Shown here: one piece after another, positions 57,901-64,000 of the stretch
Layout: every line of letters starts with the position of its first letter
Numbering within the stretch: the stretch's first letter is position 1
Source of the DNA: a virus
Virus record (IMG/VR): IMGVR_UViG_3300027741_002766
Span: 1 to 64,000 of that record
Direction: 5' to 3' (one strand)
DNA: 64,000 nucleotides
Notes under the pieces: model-generated
Told to the model about the DNA's origin: nothing
Seen by the model: the letters and a program-made list of their open reading frames with translations, nothing else
Database searches by the model: none
Made by a program: the position numbers and the translations under genes

Positions 57901-58449
57901 ATTGCCGCCACGCACCAGAGTGATCACAGGATTGTCACCGGGTATGGTACTGAATTTATAGGCTGTGCTGGTTCGAGTGACTGTGAAGTTCTCGGTCAAG
58001 GGAATGGCCGTGGCATAAACATTCACAGCATTTGGTCCGCCAGGCAACCAGTAGTATTGACTGTAGTTTACAAATTTGTCAAAATTAACAAACGGATCCC
58101 AGGTATAGTATTCACTGGTATAAAGCCTATCACTGTTGTTGACAACCGCGCCTTGCACTGCCAAGGCATCTGTGATACCAGGATAGGTAATGGCATCTTT
58201 TATTTCGTTGGTATCTGGCTTGAGACTGATGACACCTGGCTCCAACTGATAGTTGGCTCGAGTGGCTGTGGGCTCCAGCACATAGTAGTCATTGGGATTG
58301 ACGCCGGGTCCGACTCTGCGACCCACATAGCCCTGTGTTTTCTTGAATGCAGGTTCCTGAACCAATTGATCCAGTGTGGCATTCAAAAATTGCTTGTTGG
58401 GAGTGGTCTGAAATATATCAGGTAAAAAATCAACAGTGCGGATGGCCAT
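45922..58449 (-). CDS. giant (4175 aa) baseplate wedge / adhesin protein
   Basis: Follows the gp6-like gene; FG-GAP-like repeats, Trp/Tyr carbohydrate-binding-like repeats, EVKPYH motif. Confidence 0.8.
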   Translation of the reverse strand: MAIRTVDFLPDIFQTTPNKQFLNATLDQLVQEPAFKKTQGYVGRRVGPGVNPNDYYVLEPTATRANYQLEPGVISLKPDTNEIKDAITYPGITDALAVQGAVVNNSDRLYTSEYYTWDPFVNFDKFVNYSQYYWLPGGPNAVNVYATAIPLTENFTVTRTSTAYKFSTIPGDNPVITLVRGGNYTFDVSQTGNNFWIQSDPGVNGRLPYAPNISSRDVLGVTNNGEDLGTVSFDVPFKNAQQFYYDLNSIGTVDLLTNLQFDQINNVYLSDFLAEYGGIDGITSLNNRTVVFTNQIADAQDGGWLITSQFDPLEQASANNGLPGSFDSLVFDQTVPITDPDTRYSVWLITYQYDNNGQPILQLSVQRPCPNLNKFTVLFGTQWASTSWYRDADGYFAEIPLLTAAKDVLWYQDGTNPDIFGQIRLIDQVSSTVINVATDILGKKNYTSPNGVVFTNNLKVQFLAPVVPASYANGDYYVAGVGTAIQLLPVTNYVTPETYTKSATIPFDSTSFDSTNFDAELNQPLVPDYLTIALDSPDLNAWTRSNRWFHVDVITASATYNNTTPVLDNAFRARRPILEFRGGTRLYQMGTQGKQPVDILDFVTTDAFSTVNGTVGYGVDGYNFINGTRVIFAKDTDPNVRDKIYVVNFVTLVEGDTPVIDLVPASDADVLVDQTVVSLSGNTLQGISFYYDGSQWVQAQQKTGVNQAPLFDVYDSNGYSLSNPVAYPSSTFAGSKLFSYAVGPGANDTVLGFPLQYLSINNIGDIVFDNNLYADTFLYVKDNVSYTKNVSTGFVRQYADRTVYQREIGWQTAAVKSKIYQQFSFTYAANTPLLLDVAALPVTTIPTVKVYVDSTFQDPGSYTYVTSDNTTTITFPANTVIVPGQVIEVLVLSNQVSAVAFYQVPVNLENNPLNQNANNLTLGTIRSHYDSIGQNLVGLTGKINGANNSRDLGNIVPFGLNILQQSAPMTMAGYFLRSADYNIFASLEYNSREYEKYKAQLLNAAVTGDYMNMTVSEILTTIITDLIAGRTSSNPFYWSDMIPASNTYTESTTVVTAITTQRFDTTQVYNYTSANYLGLLVYLNGRLLTRGIEYVVSTDAPTLTVLLPLVVGDQVVIQEYSETYGTFIPNTPTKLGLYPAFVPEIYLDTTYIEPRRVIRGHDGSITVAFDDYRDQLLLEFETRIYNNLKLDGNPVPLTATEVVPGQFRTTDYTLGEITQIESQDFLTWVGWNKLDYKSQDYRAANAFTWNYSTAGNKLNNNEPLAVGAWRGIYNYFYDTTSPNTRPWEMLGFTVMPSWWEAEYGPAPYTSGNLVLWDDLAAGLVRDPIAPYVLPQYARPQLTQVIPSSSEGLLLAPIEVMVGNFNSNNFQRNWAVGDDAPVENAWRTSSAYPFAIMRLLALTRPAEFFSLFADRDLYRYDPELGQYLYNGRYRLDANGIEVYGNGVSKASYIDWIVDYNRISGINSTDTLTADLKNLDVRLCYRMAAFSGKNLLQIYTEKSSPNSLNSSLLLPDESYNLLFYKNVPFDQLTYSSIIVQSTANGWAVYGYSTTQPYFNILVSRVNGVLSTINAGGYEVRVPVTYTNRVVQVPYGYVFTNRTLVADFLLSYGALLQQQGMLFTQLENGYMLDWNQMVSEFLYWSGQGWAEGSIINLNPGATQVIVERPGAIVDSIALQTTENMVLNAERTPFATRDLVVERLDNTFTLKSLTADTINYFHIKFTSYENMVVLDNQSIFADLIYYPATGARQNRVRLIGSTSQNWNGQLNAPGFILNQNNVKEWDPLRKYARGEIVLYKNFYYSAVDIVQPSPEFNFNYWTRSDYTKIQQGLLPNLSNKSDQLANSYDVYQANLEINQDLFAYNLIGFKPREYMVALNLDSTSQVNLYRQFLGTKGTVRAAEIFTFADLGRGVSEYNIYENWAIQRGTYGANANKSFYELRLNEALLTSNPSLIQVTIPDEPSLAQQTVYVDNLWAESYRITTPDILTTTLVKKTDTALPSAGYVNVDDVDITVFNINNTASLAAELNNVNVGTIIWVAKINDYDWGIYRTAQIPAQVTQINSNLNGTSVIRFNRAHGLVADNILLLKYFGSGADGVYTVLNVPGINQVTVSFSFLQQDQIVATGTGTAFTLQSQRVAQGSDIITLPYANDLIPGDRAWIDNNGAGLWEVVQKQEVFHTSGQLTVVPSVASNKFGAGVAQARDNVFAFVGSPGYNSGAGALYTYVRTSTNPFTQNSLLQSNAVGVYGLGTAVSVGNQTWGAVGAPASLGADSSANSGYVAVIYRFPNSPSFAISNLLTVPNASYINSASEFGTSIAISADENWMYIGAPGINQVFAYGLVPVETQLETYITDGVSYSYNYSDNIVIDSGAYQQLFVVLNNQLLTYSTDYTVTADSVVLNSTPVKDLQLKIGRRVAQTFTGNGITQVFSLNEYLYSALNIYSFNVTVNGIVQRPTIDYTFSNSTRDITFTAAPTGTIGVTTQSYYNYVTSLAPGGLAADARFGQSVSCGTDGRQVMIGCSNNTYNGVTYAGSVYVYDRSVQQFIVTSATQTVYQTDASLVAPTSVSLNNQFLINTAGNPDGQYTVTGSNQITLTTPAAVGDILVVEVNTFNQIQQIGSDAPTSSANYGQAVDLCRYNCSLYVGAPQDGSVLPGAGLVERQVNQSRVYGITTSTINATLTPGDTIRINNQEVALTAPAAWLVGSAYTVGTIVINSSSLYVAVRAVPTGTSLGDTTYWQPSSWAAQLAYNINSSTVPNVMAYAGVAGTQTFGLLTISVKNLDAAVAGNKLTVLPGLVGNIFSSMGFETFVYTQTIESPYPAAYAAFGSAVKIDTSALTLTVGAPRGNLYRPNTFDGGNTYFDSKTTTFSGPLVQSGAVYTYDYFASTNSSVSNPGKFAFGQQVYDQSIQQLYQYGASVDYTNGILLAGSPTGNSNAGQVSIFNNPDLSPAWRVTHVQQPVVDVALINGVFSYDRITGAKTAFFDFFDPLQGKILGAAQQNIDYTGAVDPAAYNVGAKNNNGRIWAVGQVGQIWWDTNSVRFIDPNQDDIVYAARRWGQIFPGSSVDVYQWTASSVPPGNYTGPGTPRTTTNYSVTTGLTTTGVFGTTYYFWVKNITTINSTAGKTLSPTGIARYIADPRASGIPYVAFVSASATAIYNATDLISAQDTVLSIEFDRQLTDDNVHVQYDLLPQDRAEAFLPANLYQKFQDSFCGADPQGNLVPDPTLSPALRYGVQFRPRQSMFADRFLALQNYLEYVNAVLLQYPISEIRNFALLNSSDPEPAAGLGAWNKRVANIEQLSYQDLAQVPVGYLYLVASDSTQNGLWTIYAVTAAKTFDTLFLTRVQNYDTRNYWQYVTWYRPGYNSSTKIIAQVANYADLATLSVAQAPVGSSVKVTANSQGKFEIYLRTDVGWDRVGLQDGTIQFRTELWDYALGRFGFDVEVFDAQHFDQEPVTETRKIIQAINEQLLIDELLIERNRALILMFNFVLSEFEAPGWLNMTSLIDVDHKVRQLLPYQTYQQDNQDFVLNYIKEVKPYHVSIRAFNLIYNGFDAYQGSMADFDLPAFYNNSQVPNQYMSPILTPYDLSTAQGTGHASIYSDVAPSSTLWQTQPYSFWFENYALSIQDVIIVDGGSGYTVAPQLTVSGVCTTPAQMTATVNSAGHINQVIITDPGSGYTTTATVTITGGNGTGGQIVAVMGNKLVRSINTTIKYDRYQYATTIVPWEPNVTYTTGKQVRYVNRVWSANTTVTSSTFDPANWTTVAASSLSGVDRTMGFYVPGPNEPGLDLPLLIDGVDYPGVQVAAPSFAQNTGFDVGNFDVSPFDNISYGPDGQPTYDLGILDATYESSFLDPYLGTRATDINVVGGEFVGPYESHAPEELVPGAIFDTLDLRVYSREITYYTGNGATTGPYAVPAGATDVEVAINNIVVAASTYTFAGSSVTFNTAPANGAVIVILENEPNPGIELRIFQDMRGVQASYRMTTATTTILTQDLAIDDDVAYVDNAGALAEPDLANNIWGVLTVNGERIMYRERDLIANTVSSLLRGTAGTAAAAHVTDAVVYNLNRDNLAPVLYQDHYVGSNTLADGATTVFTADVDLSSPGLSFAQKCVLVYVGGLLQTSGYTVTVDNPVTVEFDTAPAQGYQVSIQVRQGLGWYGAGVYPTTGTPLQDSTTPAAEFFRG

Positions 58450-61400
58450 TAAATTACTCCACTGCCGGGTGCAGTTCTAATATTGGTACTGGTCAGGGCA
58501 GTGATTACTTCAATGTTGCTGACCAAGGCGCCGTTGACAAATATTTCACTGGGGCCACTACGTATTTCGTACAAGTCACCAAAACTCTTCAGCGGGTCCA
58601 ATGGCACTAGTACCACTGAACTGACCACGCCACCCATGTTGGCATGAATGTAGGCAGCCAGTTCTGAAAAATAGAATGTCTGTCCAAAATCCCATTTGTC
58701 AATGCTGAAATAACTGTTGAGGTTGGCCAGCACAAGATTCTTGATTTCACTTTCACTGGCAGTGCTGTCAGCGGCACGGATAACTTTGATGGTGGCCTGC
58801 AACTCTTTGGCTGCTTTGGGTCCAAACAATGGCTTGAATACCACGCTGTTCACAATCACATTGTCGCTGATCATTTTGTAATCATTGAGTCCTTGATAGG
58901 CTGTACTCAGTTGATCTATTGTGGGCACAGCAGGTTTGGGCACTGTGCCGGTGGTATCTCGCAGCCAATTCTGATAGGCAGTATAGTAGGCCTGATTGAC
59001 CACATACAAGTCGATGATGTTGGTGGTGCCTGGATCAATTCTGCTGGTCAGCGAGGCATTGTGTCTGTATTGATAGTAAAGACTTTGTCGACCAACACGA
59101 GCCTGCCATTGATCTGACACTTCTACAAGACTGCGCACACCAGTTACACTGATGGCCAACAGGTAGAAGGCTCCCAGTTGACCGGCCAAGGGTCCAATGG
59201 CAATGGTCTGATTGTAAGCGTAGAATACCTGTCCCGGAACGTACTGTGTCAAGACCACTTCAATGGCATCTTTGGTAGCATAGTCTGAATTAACGCGACC
59301 TGGTTCTACCAAGAGATAACGCTGGAGGTTGTCAAAGTCCACTGTCTTTTCAAAGAATACCAATTTGGTAGTGGGGTTCACAGCAGGCGCTACTATTTCA
59401 TTAAAGAAGTCTGGATCAATTGGGGCACCATTACCGGGGGAATATTCATAACTGACAAATACTTCAAAGTCATCCACAAAACCATCACTGGCCACTGGTT
59501 GTCCAACAATGCTCATGCGGATGTCGCCAGGCAGTGGAATATGTGTGTCAGGTCTTGAATTGGTCTTTAATACATTCACAAAATCACTGATCACTGAGCC
59601 TGTGCGACTATCGTAGATGCGTTGTCCTGTTTCAAAGAAAAATCTTGTTTGCAGTACTGAGCCAAACAGGTAAAACAGCGCACGGCTGGTCACTGTGTAA
59701 CTGCTGCCGTTGGTCACAAATTGAATCAGCCATGAAGCATCTTGATTGGTGCCTGTGGTACTGCCTGCGTACTGTTGACTCCAGGCAGCATTGGTGGCCA
59801 AGTTAGTGCTGGTGATCACATACCACGTGTAAGGTGTGCCTGTGATTGTGCCTGTGCTGTCATAGCCAAGACCAAAGTTTCGATACAATAAAATTTGATC
59901 AGTTATACTGGTCACCGTGGTGCTGGGCAAGTCTGTCACAAACAGGGGAATAACCGACACAGGAATAGCACCAGTAGGAACAAAATTGTTCAGTATGACA
60001 GGACCAGCGCCTGTGGTAAAATTGCCTTGGCCTTGGTTGGTGCCATCCAACACAATGGCTGTGGGGCTGGCCCAGATAATCAATCGGTCGTTGTCCTGAG
60101 TGGGCGATCCCAACTTCAATTCATTGTTGCTGTTAAAATAGTAGCCCTGTGGTGGCACAAATTGTACCAGTGAACCCACCTGTATGAACTTGCTCACAGT
60201 ACTGCTGTAGGTTCCAATGGCAGCAGGGTAACCCAACGAATTTACAAAGTAACCAGTGGTCTCGTTGGACAATGTTGTGCTTTGATGCCAGGTAAAACCC
60301 AGTGGCACAAGATCAGGTCTTGGAAAGTTGTCATAGTAAAATTGATCTAGACCTGTGGAAATCAACAGAGGTTGAATTTGATTGGTGATCACGGTGGCCA
60401 CATCATTGCGTGTGAGCCAGGTGAAGTTGAATGTGGGCAGTTGATTTTCTTCCCACAAGGCACCATCACTGCCAAAGGTGTTGGTTGAAGAGTATTTGCC
60501 GGTATTGTCAACTAGATCAAGATATCTTGACGTGCCAATGGATGCACGATTCAAGGCCTTGCTCTTGATAATCGAATTGTACAGTGTGAATGGGAAGTTG
60601 TTGTAGTCTTCGCCATTGACCATGCGGTTCTGTGTGTAGTACCTAGCAGGCGCACGTTGCTTGATTTCGTCCAAGGTCTCACGAGGTTGTGCGTTGCTCA
60701 CCGGCTGTGTAATACCGCAGGTGAATGTGATTGTTTCTATGTTTCCAGTGCGGCTCACATAACTGATAGGTATGATCACACTCTGCATTTCTTCTGGATT
60801 GATAATGTAGGCCAGTCCGTTTGAAGCGCGAACATAACAACGGAAGGTGCCCACCGGAATAGTGCTGAACACACCGTCGCCAAATGTCAGTGTGATTTGA
60901 TCATTGGTTCTACTGACCACTGAAAACAATTTGCGTTGATCTGGAGCCAGTTGCTCGGTGGCAGCCGCGTACACACTCTGCACGTACTGCCATTCATATT
61001 GTACATTGCCCACTGTGTCTAGTTGAAACAGCCAACGGTCTTCGTTGTTGACACCTTCAATGTTGATGGGCACTGTCTGGTTGGCCACACGCTCACCAAG
61101 ATTGAAATCTTGATTTTGTAGTACACCTTGCTTGAAATAAAAGAAATAGCCGGTGTTGGCGCTGGCAAATCCCAATTGATCGTTGCGGAACAACACATTG
61201 AATATACCGTTGGGCAAGGGACTGGGTTCGTACACATAGTCTCGTCCCACCGATGTTGAATTTACTGCTTCAAATGGCATGTTGACGCCGTCTACTGTGG
61301 CAGTGTAAGGAATCACTGGCAGGTATCCTGGCACCAAGTTGATGCTGTATTCGCTTGTGTCAACTCCCACTATGGTCTGTTTGGCCCCTGGACGACCAAC

Positions 61401-61907
61401 TCGTTGTGTATTGACCAATGCCGCATTGATAATAGCAGTGAATTGTTCTACCCAGTTGAAATTGGTAGGATCATTCCAGTTGATTGTGACATTGGCCAAA
61501 TTGACGCCATTGAAATCTGTGACATTTTCGGTGGTTTGTACGCTGAATACTTTGAGATAACCTTGTGAGGCCTGATTGCGTTTGGGAGTGTAACTGACCA
61601 GTTCAGCCAGTTTGACCACGCTGTCTCTGCGCTCGGCTGTGCCTAGATAATTTTCTCTAGTGTTTAGATCATTGCGGAAACTCATGGCCTGACCCATGAA
61701 CGCAATCACATCCAGCATGGCAATAAATTCTGAACTTTCAATGTAGTCATTGAAACTTTCAGGATAGTATTGGCGTATGTAGTCTACAAAACTCTTGCGC
61801 AAGGCTTCAAAGTTGTAACTTTGAAAGTCTGCCTCTCTATAGGTTTCGTAGATGCGTTTCCAATCCTCAACGCCAAATACAACTGTTTGTCTAGTGGTTC
61901 TTGCCAT
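58449..61907 (-). CDS. baseplate wedge subunit (T4 gp6-like)
   Basis: FNDYIESSE, TAERRDSV..LA, FGDGVF, ETLDEIK..AP...QNRMV..EDY. Confidence 0.85.
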   Translation of the reverse strand: MARTTRQTVVFGVEDWKRIYETYREADFQSYNFEALRKSFVDYIRQYYPESFNDYIESSEFIAMLDVIAFMGQAMSFRNDLNTRENYLGTAERRDSVVKLAELVSYTPKRNQASQGYLKVFSVQTTENVTDFNGVNLANVTINWNDPTNFNWVEQFTAIINAALVNTQRVGRPGAKQTIVGVDTSEYSINLVPGYLPVIPYTATVDGVNMPFEAVNSTSVGRDYVYEPSPLPNGIFNVLFRNDQLGFASANTGYFFYFKQGVLQNQDFNLGERVANQTVPINIEGVNNEDRWLFQLDTVGNVQYEWQYVQSVYAAATEQLAPDQRKLFSVVSRTNDQITLTFGDGVFSTIPVGTFRCYVRASNGLAYIINPEEMQSVIIPISYVSRTGNIETITFTCGITQPVSNAQPRETLDEIKQRAPARYYTQNRMVNGEDYNNFPFTLYNSIIKSKALNRASIGTSRYLDLVDNTGKYSSTNTFGSDGALWEENQLPTFNFTWLTRNDVATVITNQIQPLLISTGLDQFYYDNFPRPDLVPLGFTWHQSTTLSNETTGYFVNSLGYPAAIGTYSSTVSKFIQVGSLVQFVPPQGYYFNSNNELKLGSPTQDNDRLIIWASPTAIVLDGTNQGQGNFTTGAGPVILNNFVPTGAIPVSVIPLFVTDLPSTTVTSITDQILLYRNFGLGYDSTGTITGTPYTWYVITSTNLATNAAWSQQYAGSTTGTNQDASWLIQFVTNGSSYTVTSRALFYLFGSVLQTRFFFETGQRIYDSRTGSVISDFVNVLKTNSRPDTHIPLPGDIRMSIVGQPVASDGFVDDFEVFVSYEYSPGNGAPIDPDFFNEIVAPAVNPTTKLVFFEKTVDFDNLQRYLLVEPGRVNSDYATKDAIEVVLTQYVPGQVFYAYNQTIAIGPLAGQLGAFYLLAISVTGVRSLVEVSDQWQARVGRQSLYYQYRHNASLTSRIDPGTTNIIDLYVVNQAYYTAYQNWLRDTTGTVPKPAVPTIDQLSTAYQGLNDYKMISDNVIVNSVVFKPLFGPKAAKELQATIKVIRAADSTASESEIKNLVLANLNSYFSIDKWDFGQTFYFSELAAYIHANMGGVVSSVVLVPLDPLKSFGDLYEIRSGPSEIFVNGALVSNIEVITALTSTNIRTAPGSGVI

Positions 61908-61950
61908 AATAGTCCGTTTCTTTTATTTATTGCAAAAATAAACGGCGTAG

Positions 61951-62325
61951 TTATACGTAACTGGCACGTCGGGTTTCTTGATTTAAAAATATACTCAGCA
62001 ATTCTGTAGTCTGGCTTGGTACCAACTGTACCTGCAATTCTATCAACACACCGTTTTGTTGTGGATAGTAGTTGACATCACTGAGATATACTCTTGGATC
62101 GCCACCAGCAATTCTTTGTATTTCGGCCAGAATAGCAGTTTCTGTGGTGTTGTCTTGATTTTCAAAGATTGCATCTGCCAAGGTAGATCCATACGCAGGA
62201 CGGCCGGGCAAGGTTCCTTGACGAATGTTGAAAGCATTCAAGAGGTCACGCTTGATCAACTCACCGTCAGTGAGTGTGAATTTTTTGTATTGATTAATTG
62301 TGCTATAGCCTACAAATGTGGTCAT
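61951..62325 (-). CDS. baseplate wedge / sheath initiator (T4 gp25-like)
   Basis: LIKRDLLNAF..RQG...P.YG....IFE...DPRV. Confidence 0.85.
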   Translation of the reverse strand: MTTFVGYSTINQYKKFTLTDGELIKRDLLNAFNIRQGTLPGRPAYGSTLADAIFENQDNTTETAILAEIQRIAGGDPRVYLSDVNYYPQQNGVLIELQVQLVPSQTTELLSIFLNQETRRASYV

Positions 62326-62345
62326 AAAGGTATTTATGTGTGCAG

Positions 62346-63902
62346 TTACCAGAAACTAGCAATGTACTCAATTGCTTCTGCGGCATACTCTTGTGCGCCA
62401 GCAATAATTTCCTCTGCACCAGTTGTCAAAGCGGATACATCAAAATTGGACAGTGCTGATGAGTCCAGTCCCAAGGCGTCAAGTCCTGTTTCCAGTAATT
62501 CTTTTCCATAGGTCTGCAGTTCTGCCAATACTTCTTTTGATCCGGGTATGTCTTTCAACAACTCTCCAACTCCTGGCAGACTTTTTGCTTGATCCAGCAA
62601 TTGTGCGGCTCCTTTTACTTCTGTCAAAAGGCCCTGCCCTGATTGTAACAAACTGATTATGGGATTGGCTCCGGGCACTTGACTCAGTGCCGCCACACCG
62701 GCTGCGGTCGAAGCCAATCTAGTGAGCAGGATTGATGCCGACTGATTTACTGTGCTCAGTTGCGTGGCCTGTGCTCGTATGTCAATACCCAGTACAGGGT
62801 TGGCAAATATATTGCGAGGTATCTTATCAGTACCTATGATGCTGTTGAAAGCAGTGTCTACCACTGAGCGATTGACTGTGTGAGAATAGCCCTTGGGGGA
62901 TTGAACTCCTGTCTGTAAAGGATTTCCGCCTCCACTGACTGATTGGTTTACTGAGCCAAAATTTTGACCAAATATTGAATTAATAGTCGATGTGGTCAAT
63001 TGACCAATATCGCTGCCGCCTAGTGTGTTGTTCAACCAACCCAGGGTAGGTCCTAGACCAAAGTTGGCAGCATTGTTCACAAGAGGCCCAACAGTTGATG
63101 CAGTGTCGGCCAATGCTGGCAGTCCCAATCTGTAACGAATAATAGGGTCAGTGGGATCGGCGTTGCCCAACGATTGCAGTTGTTCTGCTGTGAGTCCGGC
63201 ATATGGATCTGCCAAACTGCTTGTGGTATCATTAACCACTCCCAACTCTGACAAGTTGCTGTAACTGCTGGCCAAACAACTTTGTTGGGCCACGCTCTGT
63301 AATGTGGGGTTGGTCAGCACAGCGTCCAAACTGTCAGCACCACCTAGACCAGTCCACACTGTGGGACTGCTGAGAGTACTGACCAGGTTGGCAGGATCTT
63401 GGTTGACCAACTCTGCTGTGCCAGGTTTGATTAAACCAGCCTGTTGCAGTTGATCGGCTGAAAGCCCAAATGTACCAAGACCTTTTTCGTTAGTGACTTC
63501 AGCGGCTGTTTGATTTGTGGCCGCAGCCGTGGAAGACATAAGCCCTTGAACCTGTGTGGTTGTGAGTGGGCCCACAGGGCTGCCAGCCAACACTGTGGTA
63601 TTGACAAATGTAGATATCGAGGTTGGGTTAGGTGCTGGGAGATTGGGTATCTTGGTCAAGATTCCAGCAATAGTTGCTAGGTTGCCAGTGCTCACAGCCG
63701 ATGTGACCTGACTCAAGGCCGTCACAAGGCCTCCTTTGGCCTGTACTAGGCTGTTCAATACATCACCGGCTCGCAGTCCTGATAGGCTGCCGGTAGCATA
63801 CTGTTGATTGAATATGGCCTGTGCTTGGTCGTAGGTAGATCCTGCTGGTCCAGTCATTTCTACTGTTTGACCTGTAGGGGTGACAAATTTAAATACGTTC
63901 AT
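62346..63902 (-). CDS. baseplate-associated hypothetical protein
   Basis: Ala/Thr/Leu-rich ORF; GTFGLSADQLQQAGLIKPG motif. Confidence 0.7.
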   Translation of the reverse strand: MNVFKFVTPTGQTVEMTGPAGSTYDQAQAIFNQQYATGSLSGLRAGDVLNSLVQAKGGLVTALSQVTSAVSTGNLATIAGILTKIPNLPAPNPTSISTFVNTTVLAGSPVGPLTTTQVQGLMSSTAAATNQTAAEVTNEKGLGTFGLSADQLQQAGLIKPGTAELVNQDPANLVSTLSSPTVWTGLGGADSLDAVLTNPTLQSVAQQSCLASSYSNLSELGVVNDTTSSLADPYAGLTAEQLQSLGNADPTDPIIRYRLGLPALADTASTVGPLVNNAANFGLGPTLGWLNNTLGGSDIGQLTTSTINSIFGQNFGSVNQSVSGGGNPLQTGVQSPKGYSHTVNRSVVDTAFNSIIGTDKIPRNIFANPVLGIDIRAQATQLSTVNQSASILLTRLASTAAGVAALSQVPGANPIISLLQSGQGLLTEVKGAAQLLDQAKSLPGVGELLKDIPGSKEVLAELQTYGKELLETGLDALGLDSSALSNFDVSALTTGAEEIIAGAQEYAAEAIEYIASFW

Positions 63903-64000
63903 TTGACTTGTAGATTCCATCCTGCTGGCACAGGTACAGCCGTGGGCGGTGGTGTGGGTTGGCCATTCACAAAATCCACCACCACACTCACACCTTGGTT
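63899..64000 (-). CDS. C-terminal fragment of the upstream baseplate gene (partial)
   Basis: Open frame NQGVSVVV...NLQVK* with ATGA overlap. Confidence 0.5.
   Translation of the reverse strand, partial: NQGVSVVVDFVNGQPTPPPTAVPVPAGWNLQVK

Noticed and set aside
45922-61907. Inteins or introns in the giant genes
   Set aside because: No intein splice or LAGLIDADG motifs seen, and the frames are uninterrupted.
45969-62656. Many + strand ORFs opposite the structural genes
   Set aside because: Antisense shadows of long - strand genes, with no motifs or start signals.

Overview
A 64-kb segment of a large tailed dsDNA phage (T4-like/jumbo myovirus). The host is probably proteobacterial, inferred from the ahpC/ahpD, desaturase, rpoZ and tmRNA tag. 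The left ~16.6 kb (mostly + strand) is an early/accessory region with strong sigma70 promoters. It holds ahpC-ahpD behind an OxyR-like box, a metallophosphoesterase, 11 tRNAs interleaved with at least four unannotated highly structured RNAs, and a leader-peptide/terminator/antiterminator attenuator in front of the main tRNA array. It also holds FeoA, a fatty-acid desaturase, a permuted tmRNA, RNAP omega, a MoxR AAA+/VWA-peptidase pair and thyX. The stretch 16.6-42.9 kb (mostly - strand) is a ~26-kb modification cluster: 5 twitch/radical-SAM enzymes, 6 'TEK..KP' glycosyltransferase-like proteins, 4 SGNH-like proteins, GT-A/GT8-like proteins, a carbamoyltransferase with two PFIY peptides, and an AMP-dependent ligase. 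The stretch 42.9-64 kb (- strand) encodes virion proteins: fibre-like proteins, a 4175-aa baseplate/adhesin, and gp6- and gp25-like wedge proteins. All family calls come from motif recognition by eye; no database searches were run.
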